This document shows positions 10,800 to 24,366 of a DNA stretch of 64,000 nucleotides, piece by piece. The stretch lies in contig NC_134031.1 in assembly GCF_964204645.1 (NCBI RefSeq), forward strand, positions 13,627,807-13,691,806, written 5' to 3'. The translations under genes were made by a program, and so were the position numbers. Under the pieces are notes generated by a model, which made no database searches, was not told the origin of the DNA, and saw only the letters and a list, made by a program, of their open reading frames with translations. The stretch's first letter is position 1; each line of letters begins with the position of its first letter. The stretch comes from Tubulanus polymorphus (Eukaryota; Animalia; Nemertea).

Positions 10800-13760
10800 A
10801 TTTGAAAGGCTGAATCCAAGAACATGTCTATCGAACTTTTGAGCCCATACATCTACTTTTACTTAGTAGCCACTTGAGAACAATAAGCAATTAACGATAT
10901 CGGCTACTTTTCCAGTAGTATACATTTCAAAACAGTCACTCTGAAATTGTATTCCTTTCGATTCGATTGGTGTTATATAGTGGCTGTTTCGAAGAGTCTA
11001 CTATAGAAAAGTTAAAACATCTGGTTTCGATAGTGCACACTAGCAGTAGAGGTGACTGTAAAACCACCCGTCTGTAAACAGTGACTTTGTGATAGTAACT
11101 CCTACCATATCAGCTACTCTCAAAACACATCGTTCCTAAAAGTCAACTATTGAAAAGTGACCATTTTGAGATTCCCTGTTATAAATACACTGCAGCAACA
11201 TATGCTTCAGATTTGCAGTGATACGTGACAATATAAACATACTCAGAAACTATAGTGAAAACTCTACTCACTGACACGCTATAGTCTTGGGTATAGTTCT
11301 ATTTAGAGTGACTCAGTTAAGATCTGAAGATAGTGAAGATACTCTTTGAGGATGTGAAATGTAAATGTAATGAGCGATTCCCAACTCTAACCAATTAAAG
11401 TCGTGATTGGAGTTAAATTTGTTTACAAATTGTCAATAGTTATGTAGTTTCAAGACAAATCGAAATTTTCTTCTTTTCATGGCGATATAATTAAATTAAG
11501 AATTCAATTCTAACAAATGCAGCTATTTCATAGCATAGGTCTGCATTTATTTTTCATTTAAATTCTTGAATTAAAAGTGCAATCATACATACCTCTCATT
11601 ATTGAAATGGTAGTTTTCAGCGGGAGCCTGGATTTCTTTCTATCTTAAATTACAATGTGCATTTCGGAGTGTTCGAATTTGCCTGAATTCTAATTTCGCT
11701 GAATCATTGATTTTTTCTTTAACAAATCCGTGGGGATTTTAAACATTCTAAAGAAATCATCTAAAATGAGCCCAAATTTGATCGAATTTAATAGCAATAA
11801 GAAACTTTGTATGGTATTCAAGATTTCATTTTGATTACAGTAACGGCCTATGGTGATCATCACCGGGGTCATGAGTGAAGAACTCCCGTAATAGAATTTT
11901 AAATATGATAAAATTTGGTGAAACCGCAACGTTTCGACTGTTGACTAACAGCCATCATCAGATGGAATGTATGAAATGTAGGCATTCCTAAAACGGAGTG
12001 GTTTAACTTTGATAAATGTTATAATACTAAATTCTATTGTGGAATTTCTTCATTTATCTACAGTTAACGGATTAGAGTATTTGATTCTACTTCTTCGGGT
12101 CCTGTAGTCGTTAAGGTCGAAAATTTTCGACCTTAACGACTACAGGATGGAAGCATGGAAGCAATTTACAACCATGTTGGTCGCTATGATAGAGATTCCC
12201 TGTATATCTGCACCTTAAATCGGTACCTCTGTTGGTTCTAGCCCGCATTTGCTTCCAAATTCAAGTATTGGTAACGTTATTCTTACTCTGAATGCACTTC
12301 TGTCGTCGAATATGGTGCCACATATTAGTAGTTATTATTTTACGACAATTTGTGAAAAAGAGGTTAGTTTGAAAAAACTGATAATTATCTTATAATTCAG
12401 CGATTCATTGGTTCTTCGATTCAGCGAAGTTCAAACATTGTACATTTTGGCGTATTATTTTATTGGCACCTTGAAATAAAGACAAATAGAGATATTGCGG
12501 TGCTAAGTTTATTACTAAGAGGTAAACTTTTGGTTCGTGGTCTTTTGGTGGCCAATGCAATTTGTTCATTCGTTCATCAATCACTGTCTAGTTAGCCAGT
12601 GTAAGTGACTTGCTGACCGTCTGCTGCTGCTGGGTTTTTGATAACCTATACAAACAATTTACCCAACAAAGTAGGAAAGTATGTGCAACTGAAATTGCAG
12701 CCTATCACATTTCTTTCACTTCTTAAGCCAAACGAAGTTTTCTCTATCAAATGAAATTGCTGATTTCAAAATTACGTGAACATCTCAACACCGCACTTTT
12801 ATACGCTAATCGTGTGATCTTATATAATAAGTTTGTAATTACATTTCAACCAAACTGTATAATTATGAAATAAGATTTGATCAGGGAATCGCTTCTAGCA
12901 AGCGATAAAATATTCAATATTCATTAACGAACAAGCAGAGAACAGCGTGACAAAGTGAACATCACATGGATTACTTAAAAATCGTTTGTATCGAAATAAA
13001 CAATAAATTTAAGGTTAATTTAGATAAGTATTTTAGATACATCTTTTCGGAATATTTTGCGTAGTCTTCATCCAGATAATGAGATAAATAGGACGTGATT
13101 AATTTTATGAACATATGATTTTATTTGTATATTCCTCTCTCATATATCCTTAAAAACAAACTAAGCCTAAAAGACAAATTTATTCTTTCATCTTTTGTTT
13201 TCTACAAAATCAAAGATTTATGAACGCACCAGAATGTTTTATAATTGCAAATGTAAAACATAAATTTTATCTTAAAATCTTAAAATTCTAAATTCATGGG
13301 CGGATTTAGACCGTGTCGAATTTCAAAGTGCCTTTTTATTCTTTTCTCTGTATCAAAATTTGTCGTTATAACCACCCGAGATACACAATAGATATTTTTC
13401 CTAGATATATAACCTGTTTCTTGACTTAATGCCTCTCAGGGATGCTCAAAAAAGCTCTAATGATAGTAAAATTTAAAAAAATATTGCTGATATGCCTTTC
13501 TGCCCTAAATTAAAAATATATGCCCTTTTATTGGTCGTCATGGTCACAACATGCCCCTGGATCCGCCCCTGAAATTAGGACTGGCACTATACAATATGTA
13601 TTAGTATTAATGGATTTAATCCATGATGATGTTATATAAATGTATAGTTTTCCTATTGGATATTGCCATTTTGTTAAGCGTAATATAAATTTGCGGATTC
13701 TTAGCTACTCAAAAAACTTAGATTTTCTATTCACAGAACTGTATTCAAAGCATACAGAGT
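10800..13760. mobile_element. ~3 kb host interspersed-repeat insertion splitting viral 117-aa gene copy 2
   Basis: The gene's 5' part lies at 13761-14035 and its 3' tail at ~10770-10800. The segment 10800-11455 recurs at ~51528-52140. Contains a nested MITE-like piece at ~13296-13571 (CATGGGCGGAT...ATCCGCCCCTG). Confidence 0.75.
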
Positions 13761-14035
13761 TCATTTTCATATATTTCAGTTATTATTCTTTTAATATCAT
13801 CAATGATAAAATCTTCATCTAATTCATAAAATCTTAAAGATTCTCTAATTAAATTAGTAATCTTTTCTACATTAAAAGTTTCTTTATCTATTGTTTTTTC
13901 ATAGTCAAATGTTGTTTCATTAGAAAATGCAATATTTTTAATATGCGTAATTACATCAGTACTGTTAAATTTCATTTCTTTCTCATGTTTAAAATCGAAT
14001 CCAAAACATATGCTCGGCCCAACAGTTATATTCAT
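13761..14035 (-). pseudogene. 117-aa viral gene copy 2, interrupted by insertion
   Basis: MNITVGPSICFGFDFK... is near-identical to 1663..2016 up to EIYENE. Confidence 0.8.
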
Positions 14036-14052
14036 TTATATAGTGAAAAAAA

Positions 14053-14822
14053 TTACTCTCGACATCTTATGATTAATTCATAAATTATAGGAAAATTATT
14101 TAAATCAATTTAATATCCATTATGATTTCTAATTTCTAATCTAAAATTATTGAATTGAGGAATACAAGGTTTAAAATCACATTCTGTTAAATTATAATTT
14201 ATTTGAGTTCCAAATTGTTTAACATTTTTTAGCGGTAAAATATTTAATACTAGATATATCTAATACTAGAACTACAAATTGTTTCTTTAGTTGCTTCGAA
14301 AGTTTTTGTAGGATCGATTAAATTGCGATAAATATAAAAGTATGTAAAAGGTATTATATTTGAGATGCCTTCTGCGTTTCCAGTAACTGTAAGCGGTTTA
14401 ATTCCTAACATTTTAGCCATTGGTTTGTTTACCATAAATTTATGTTGTTCATTAGATATCTTTATTCTTATTTTATTAGCACTATCAATTTTAGTTAATT
14501 TAATTTCAAATACAGAAGTGCACCCGATTTTCAACCGAGCTCTTCTATTAATTTCCTGCGCTAATGATTCTAAATTATATAATCCTGGTTTTGAAAATAG
14601 ATGAAAACATTTATCTTTATTTCTCATATAAATCATAAACCCTCTATGTTCAAAAGTTTTATCCGATATATTATAGAAAGAATTACATAAACTTACATTT
14701 ACTAATTTTAAATCAACACAATTCTTAAATTCTCTATCTAATTGTACTAGTGAATTATGTGATTTATAATTTATAAGTCTTCTTGAATCAACAAATATTC
14801 TGTATTCTTTTAATTCTACCAT
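14053..14822 (-). pseudogene. Putative minor capsid protein, copy 2 (frameshift near 14255)
   Basis: Paralog of 898-1662; the shifted frame ends ...IYELIIRCRE* at 14053. Confidence 0.6.
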
Positions 14823-14836
14823 TTATTTTACATATT

Positions 14837-15178
14837 TTATTCGAAATCTATTTCATGGTGCCCTTTTTCATTCTTACATTTGTATATGAAATAGAAATCA
14901 CCAGAACATAATTCTTCTAAATCTTCACTTGATAGTCTATAAAATCTATCTGGTAAATATGTTCTGAATTTATATGTATTTCCCTTTAATCCTTCATATT
15001 CCAAGTGGATAACTAATTTATCTCCATATTTGTTAGTAACTGTATCAATATTTGTAATTAGATATTTCTTATGAATTGTTAATTCTGTTAACTTCTTAAA
15101 TTTATAATCTACAGATTTTACATTTGTAGTATCTTTGATTCTATCTAAGAATTCACTTTGTACTTGTTTACTCTCCAT
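14837..15178 (-). CDS. Small viral protein, possible OB-fold ssDNA-binding protein (113 aa)
   Basis: KKLTEL, TNKYGDK, TYLPDRF, KNEKGHH; paralog of 9513-9839. Confidence 0.6.
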   Translation of the reverse strand: MESKQVQSEFLDRIKDTTNVKSVDYKFKKLTELTIHKKYLITNIDTVTNKYGDKLVIHLEYEGLKGNTYKFRTYLPDRFYRLSSEDLEELCSGDFYFIYKCKNEKGHHEIDFE

Positions 15179-16640
15179 TTTAATAACATATTTTTTATTA
15201 ACATTTATTTTAGAAGTTATTAGATTAATATTTTAAGAGTATGTTGCAGACTGACAACATGAAAAGATAAATGCTGCGGCGTAATTTCAAACTGGTGTTT
15301 ATTACCGTTTTCTACAATACAAATTAACATTTCTCATTATATAAATATGTCATAAATGCAATAACTGAATTACAGAATTAATGTACTTGTATATATGTAC
15401 TTACAAATCATACGCCTAATCGCCAACATGACATTCGGTGAGTAACATACAGAGTATTACTACTGGTGACATATCAGTACCTGTTTATATACTAGTCAAA
15501 CCGTCACACACAGTGAGCGGCTTAGGATAAGCTATTGTGAATACAATACATGCCTTGATATTACAATAATCCTACATAGAAAACTACAAACTGGAATAAC
15601 ATGATAATACTCTAAATATAAAATCTAACAGAGTAATAGGGAATAAGTTGTTCTAGATTAAAGGTTGAGAGGTTGAGTGAGTAGAAAATGAAATGAGTGT
15701 GCGAGAATCTATTTTTCATTTTTTATGAACTCGACCTTTCGACCTTTGATCTAGAACAACTTTTTCCCTATTACTATGATAGATTTATATTTATCGGTGG
15801 TAAAACGGTGGAGACGAATAGCAGACGACTATTTAGTAGGGACTTAGAGCCTACAGCCCATGAGGAGGGAGAATCTATGGCTAAGGGAATATTTGATAAT
15901 ATGTGCTTTAAACTGGAAGAAAACAGGGAAAAAATTTAAACTAAGTTTTTTAAAATTATTTTGAGTATTTCCTACATTAAACCTCAGAAGGACTGCAGAA
16001 AAAAATAAAAAAGGAGTGAAAATTGTGATGAATTTGATTCAAATGATGAGAGAAATGAAAAAATTTACAAGATTGAACATTGAGATGAACAAAAATTTGT
16101 ACAAGTTGCTAGATTGCAAACCAAGACGTACATGACAAAAAGATTTATTACTTTTGAAAAATTGTGATGAAAACAGGGAGGACTTTTTTTTTAATAAGAT
16201 GATTTTGGCAGAATTCTGGGAGGCCGATCCAAGTAAGGTTAAATCATACATTCTATACAAATTCTTTGTATGTTATTTCCAGAAGGAAAAAAAAGTCGTT
16301 CAATATGGGGCGATGACACGAATAGACCTACATGGTGGCCTGAAGACATTCCTTTCGTCAGCCCTAGTGCTATACAAGGTACTTATATATTAGGAATTAT
16401 AATGAATGTGTATAAACATACGTAATATACATTTTGCGCATAAGAAGCTAATCATTTCACAACTAGAGACAATAATTTCACAATAATTTTTCTTTTCAAT
16501 TTCGTGACGACAATTTGTTGCAGTCACTGATCATGGACACGGACCAGGGAAACTTACTTGGATACTAGATTTATATATTTAAACATTTTACATATACAAT
16601 GATCCATAAATATATAAATTTTCAAATATTGCACTTTCAG

Positions 16641-18620
<1,980 letters not shown>

Positions 18621-18868
18621 TGTGTTTTGTATTTTGTGAATAGACAATTCGAAATATATTTTATACTGTAATCGTTTTTCTCTTACATTGGATTTTAAAA
18701 CATTACCAACTCATTCAGACTCGCACTTATTAAGTTCAAGTTGGTCGGTCAAGGTTTACTGTATTTTTGGTGATAGGAGTTAGATATTTTCTTATGTTTA
18801 TATTATCAAAAAAGTCAAAATTCAGCAAAATATCCCTCCGGATTGTTGATGTAATCAGATAAATTTTT

Positions 18869-20025
18869 ACAACCCTGGGGACTTTGACTGGACATTATCT
18901 GGTATATTTACATACCTGGGGCTGATATCTACATTAACAACCCTAGGGACCTTAACTGGACATTATCTGGCATATTAACATCCCTGGGGTTGATATTTAC
19001 ATTAACAACCCTGGGGACCTTAACTGGACATTATCTGGCATATTAACATCCCTGGGGTTGATATCTGCATTAACAACCCTGGGGACCTTAACTGGACATT
19101 ATCTGGTATATTAATATCCCTGGGGTTTGATATTTACATTAACCACCCTGGGGACCTTAACTGGACATTATCTGGAATATTAACATCCCTGGGGTTTGAT
19201 ATTTACATTAACAACCCTGGGGACCTTAACTGGACATTATCTGGCATATTAACATCCTTGGGGTTTGATATTTACATTAACATCCCTGGGGACCTTAACT
19301 GGACATTATCTGGTATATTAACATCCCTGAAGTTGATATCTGCATTAACAACCCTGGGGATTTTAACTGGATATTATCTGGCATATTAACATCCCTGGGG
19401 TTGATATTCACATTAACAACCCTGGGGACCTTAACTGGACATTATCTGGCATATTAACATCCCTGGGGTTGATATCTGCATTAACAACCCTGGGGACCTT
19501 AACTGGACATTATCTGACATATTAACATCCCTGGGGTTTGATATTTACATTAACAACCCTGGGGACCTTAACTGGACATTATCTGGCATATTAACATCCC
19601 TGGGGTTTGATATTTACATAAACAACCCTGGGGACCTTAACTGGACATTATCTGGTATATTAACATCCCTGAGGCTGATATCTGCATTAACAACCCTGGG
19701 AACCTTAACTGGATATTATCTGGCATATTAACATCCCTGGCGTTGATATTTACATTAATAACCCTGGGGACCTTAACTGGACATTATCTGGTATATTAAC
19801 ATCCCTGGGGCTGATATCTGCATTAACAACCCCGGGGACCTTAACTGGACATTATCTGGCATATTAACATCCCTGGGGTTGATATCTGCATTAACAACCC
19901 TGGGGACCTTAACTGGACATTATCTGGCATATTAACATCCCTGGGGTTTGATATTTACATTAACAACCCTGGGGACCTTAACTGGACATTATCTGGCATA
20001 TTAACATCCCTGGGGTTGATATTTA
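18869..20025 (+). repeat. Minisatellite, ~17 copies of a 68-69 bp unit made of 41-bp and 27-bp sub-units sharing AACAWCCCTGGGG
   Basis: AACAACCCTGGGGACCTTAACTGGACATTATCTGGCATATT + AACATCCCTGGGGTTGATATTTACATT repeated head-to-tail. Confidence 0.95.
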
Positions 20026-20157
20026 CCTCCCTGTTTTCATCACAATTTTTCAAAAGTAATAAATCTTTTTGTCATGTACGTCTTTGTTTGCAATCTAGCA
20101 ACTTGTACAAATTTTTGTACATCTCAATGTTCAATCTTGTAAGTTTTTTCATTTCTC

Positions 20158-22472
20158 AGAACGACCGCCATATTCGAAGAGAGAGGGCAGCACCGCCTTC
20201 CCCCGTTTTCCGCTACAGAAGTTTGTTTCGACTGATTGCAATCCAGCCGATGATTGTACTCGCGGCCTAAGCGGTTCAGAATTAGAGATTTCCCATAGGA
20301 GGTTTGATGGTCCAGATTTTCTAGAACAGTCCGAAAATAGTTGGCCTTCCCAGACACAAGTTTTTCTATTTCCGACGCTGATGAAAATGTACGAGCTGTT
20401 AGATCAGTGAATAAAGTTTCATCGCTCTCATCAAATATATCTGAGAGGGTTGTTGATTTGCATGATTTAATTCAGCCAGAAAACTTTTCGCTTTGGTATA
20501 TCCCTTGTTGCGCCGAGCTGCTTGGATCGTACCAGCAGAGAAGAATTTTGCTTCTGCAGTTGCTAGATTAGGATTTAAAGCCATAAAATCTAGTACTTTG
20601 CTTCCAGAGGAACTACAGTTTGCAGAAGGTTGCTTAATAGCTAAAGTTCAAAGGGAGGATTTTTCTGAGGATTATATCTGTATTAAAGAGGGCAGGCTAA
20701 TGGAGCGTAGCTCATTACGTTGTGTTGATCCGTTTTTTGTCGGTAATTTTATACGTGTCGGTGGGCGCATCTACAGCGCTCCCTATGTACCCATATAGAG
20801 GCTAGACACAAGATTATTCTTCCATATAGTCACGACATTACGTACTTGTAGTGCAAAAAGAACATCTTTTGAATTTTCATGCCAGACCTGAGCACATAAT
20901 ATCATTGATAAGACAAAAATATTGGTCAATTAAAGCCAGATAAGTTGCTAAGCGAATTATTTCATAGTGTTTCGGTTTCGTCGTCGTTCAGTTAAGCTAA
21001 AAGTTACAGCGAACTTATCAGTTTGTCGTATAACGAGTCATTGTAAGCTTTTCTATTTTTCAGAGGTTGACTATTTCGGGCCTCTGCAAGTAAAAAGAGG
21101 TCGATCTATAGTTAAGGTTTGAGTGTGCCCTTTTACTTTCTTGATAAAGTGCCGTACACTTAGACTGGCCTAGCTGATGTGTTGGATACTGATACATTTT
21201 TGATGGTAGTTCGTAGGTTCATTGGCCGTCGAGGTCAGCCTTGCGAAATTTATAGTGACAATGGTGGGGGACTGATAGGGAGTTATATAAATGAATGTTT
21301 AATTCAGTGGAATTAGTCACGAATTTCTAATTTTTGTCTTGAAAGAGGTATTAAGTGGGTTTCTAATCCACCCTGTGCTCCGCATTTTGGTGGAGCTTGG
21401 GAGCGATTAGTGAGAACAGCTAAGAACGCACTTAAATCAGTTTTGAAGGGTCAATCATTCCATGAAAATGTATTACGAACGACACTTATAGAAGTGGAGG
21501 CTGTAATAAATAGTCGTCCGTTGACTTATAATAGTTCTGATCAACACGATTATACCCTAATTACTCAAAATCACTTTCTTCAAGGAGGTGCCTCCTATGT
21601 GCTCATCAAGGAGTGTTTCATGAATGAGAGATTAACAGTCGCAAACGATGGAAACAGTGCCAAGTTCTGGCTGATCTTGTGTGGCGACGATGATTGTCAC
21701 ATTATTTGCCGAAGTTAACTGCGAGCGGCAAGTGGTTAATTGAAAATTAAAATGTAGCAGTAGGAGATTTAGTTCTGCTCGTTGATGAAGATGCTCCCAA
21801 GGACCAATGGTCTCTAGGGCTTATTGTCAATGTATACCTAAGTGTTGCTGATGGCCGTGTCCGCACAGTAAAGGTAAAATCAGCATCAGGAGAGTATGTA
21901 CGTCCGGTATCGAAATTACGTGTTCTGGAGGAAAGTATTGAATGAATGAATATTGTATTGAAATTAAATGTTGTTCGATGATTTATATAAATAATATTTT
22001 CTTATTGACACCGTAATATTACGGACGTCAAGGAGGTGCCATGTAGGAATTTATGTATGAAGTTAAATTTGTGTTTCCTTTACCGATATTGTTAAAGTTG
22101 TGTTTTAGTACTGTTGCATTTGTATAAACTACTTTCCTTAAATCCTTCGCGCTTCGCTTCACGTATGATTAAATAGATTTAGTAAACCATGAACTTCTAT
22201 CTGTATTCATTTTCTGGGCATTTCTGTAAATGCACAGTTCTATTCTGTCATTCGTATTAGACGTATGCCAGCACTACGTTATGGCTGGAAATAGCAATTG
22301 TAAGTTATCAAATTATCACAATTATCCGCAAATTCTATTGTATTGTTACTCATTTAGTTGTTCTTTGTTTTGTAGCAAACCGGTACTCGTTACTTTGCAG
22401 CCGTAAATAAAATCCGTAAAGTTATTCCGACGTCGTCGTTAAGTCATTTTTTGTAGATCGTAGTTGCTGACA
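20158..22472 (+). mobile_element. BEL/Pao LTR retrotransposon remnant (3' pol/integrase plus 3' LTR ~22042-22472)
   Basis: Degenerate DYFGPL, RRGxPxEIYSDNG, NPPCAPHFGGAWERLVRTAKNAL, EVEAVINSRPL, WSLG...DGRVRTVKVK. Purine-rich tract then TGTAGG...AATAAA...TGACA. Confidence 0.88.
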
Positions 22473-24366
22473 AGTAATCCATAAGACAAATATACGGTTT
22501 ACTAAATTACGTTACTCTCAAGGCAAGAAGCGTTTATTTCAAACTACTCAATACAGGATTTTGCTGTCTAAATAACTTCCACTAAGATAATTGAATTTAC
22601 TTTTTCCTTTAGTAATAACGTTAAATAGTTCAGTTCCCATAATTAGTTTATCGTGGCGATTCCAGGATCAAGCATGTAAGGACAAAGATTGGAATTAAAA
22701 TGATGCAAAATGCACATGCATACAGGTACATGAATTCTCATTTGAACATGTATATATTACAATTTTAGTATTATACAGTATATATAAATGTAAGACAATA
22801 TTCAGTACAAAACAGCAGTAACAATACATTAATATGATTTAAATATCGAATACTAATACCAGTATGCTATTTTCACCAATAATTCTACATGTAGTTTCTA
22901 TGCTCGTACTGCTTGATGTACTGTGGTTGTGCCATACATCGAGGAGTGATTGTAATTTGACATAAGAAAAAGGGTTAAGAAGGTTCCATAAAAGATGGCG
23001 GCCCCTTAGATCCCCTTACATCTCATCAAATCGACAACAAGTGATTGGATCTATAGCCACTTACAGGAAAACATGGTTCCTTGAAAAGATTCAATCATTA
23101 GTAGGCAAGATGATTGGGGGGGGGCGACTATCTCGTATCACAACCACCTTTCGAAGGATAGGCCTTGTTCCAATAAGCAAGGGTAAATTTTCTTTCAGAT
23201 GTGCTCTGATTGGCCTATCGAACCCTAATGCTTGTGGAAGAAGATTAAGAGAAAAAAGTTGATAATTTAGCCAGACTCGCTGGCCAGCATATTGCTAGCG
23301 TAACGTCTACAGGTAGATCACCACTAAACCACCGATGCTCATGGAATCCTACTGAATGTTTTAACTCAACCCTAACTGACCCTAACCCCCCTCCTAAATA
23401 TAATTCGAACATTTTGACCCTTTGGTCAAATTTCACCTCACAGTGGAAGCTGGTCCAAAGGTTTATGAAATCATGCATTGCAATTGCTTCATCAATATAG
23501 CATTGTCAAGTGGTATGAGTGCGTGGCTGCACAGCCAAAGCATCAGAGGAAATAACTGAGACCTTTGCCTACTCTGACCATGGACTATTAAATGAGTCTT
23601 TACTGACTACATTGGTGAACATGTGAAATGCATTTAGCTGACAATTAGACTCTTCATAAACCATTGTCGATGTAACAGTCAAGTATACTCAAGTCCTTTT
23701 AATTTCTGTTACAATTCCTTTGATCGTACATACTTTTATCACATCAGTTATAAGCAAAGTTTAAGGTAAATAAATTTCTGAATATAGATTTTACATTTAA
23801 GATTAAAGAATCAAAATATTTTGGCATTTATCCTCTCAAGGGTACATGTAGTGTAGTGGTCATCATTACACGGCCTTGGGGATTTATTCGCCTTTCCCAC
23901 CTTGTCATACTTTCAATCATCTTATAAACAGGTTTTTCATGTTCGCAGTATAATAAGTTATAACTAATTCAAATTGCACATACATAAAAAAAATAATTTG
24001 GCGAACCTAAGCATTCACATTCATACAATTGTGATTCCTTAAATTCATTTTAAAAGTGCTTGACAAAATTATACTCAGAATGATTATCATTTACATATGG
24101 AATTCATAAATTACATTTGTACATGTACATGATTTAAAAATAGTTTCATATCTTAACAGGTAGCTTGTTGCTGACCCATGTACATATATAGCTCTGGGTC
24201 ATAGCATGACATTAAGATATCTAAATAGATATTCAGTAGAAAACTTAATCTGCATCACTCAGGACGAAAATCATATTCCACACACATTCAAGTATAAATG
24301 GACTGAAATAATGTCAGGATCAAAATCCGGATTAAATTTATCCATTTTTCAACTGAAATTAATTTT

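Larger units (their letters stand above)
1..15200. mobile_element. Degraded endogenous Polinton/Maverick-like virus region (left end outside window; right end approximate)
   Basis: Very AT-rich, intronless, densely packed ORFs including an rve integrase, capsid-like genes and a shared TAAATG start motif. Many nonsense/frameshift lesions. No pPolB, packaging ATPase or TIR recognised inside the window. Confidence 0.85.

Noticed and set aside
1-15200. Bacterial/phage contamination with TAAATG as prokaryotic stop-start coupling
   Set aside because: No consistent Shine-Dalgarno pattern; the TAA is the upstream stop in only two cases; the integrase is Maverick-type; a host repeat shared with the LRSAM1 intron is inserted in it.
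18869-20025. Regular repeat array as a CRISPR
   Set aside because: No unique spacers, head-to-tail minisatellite, eukaryotic context, no cas genes.
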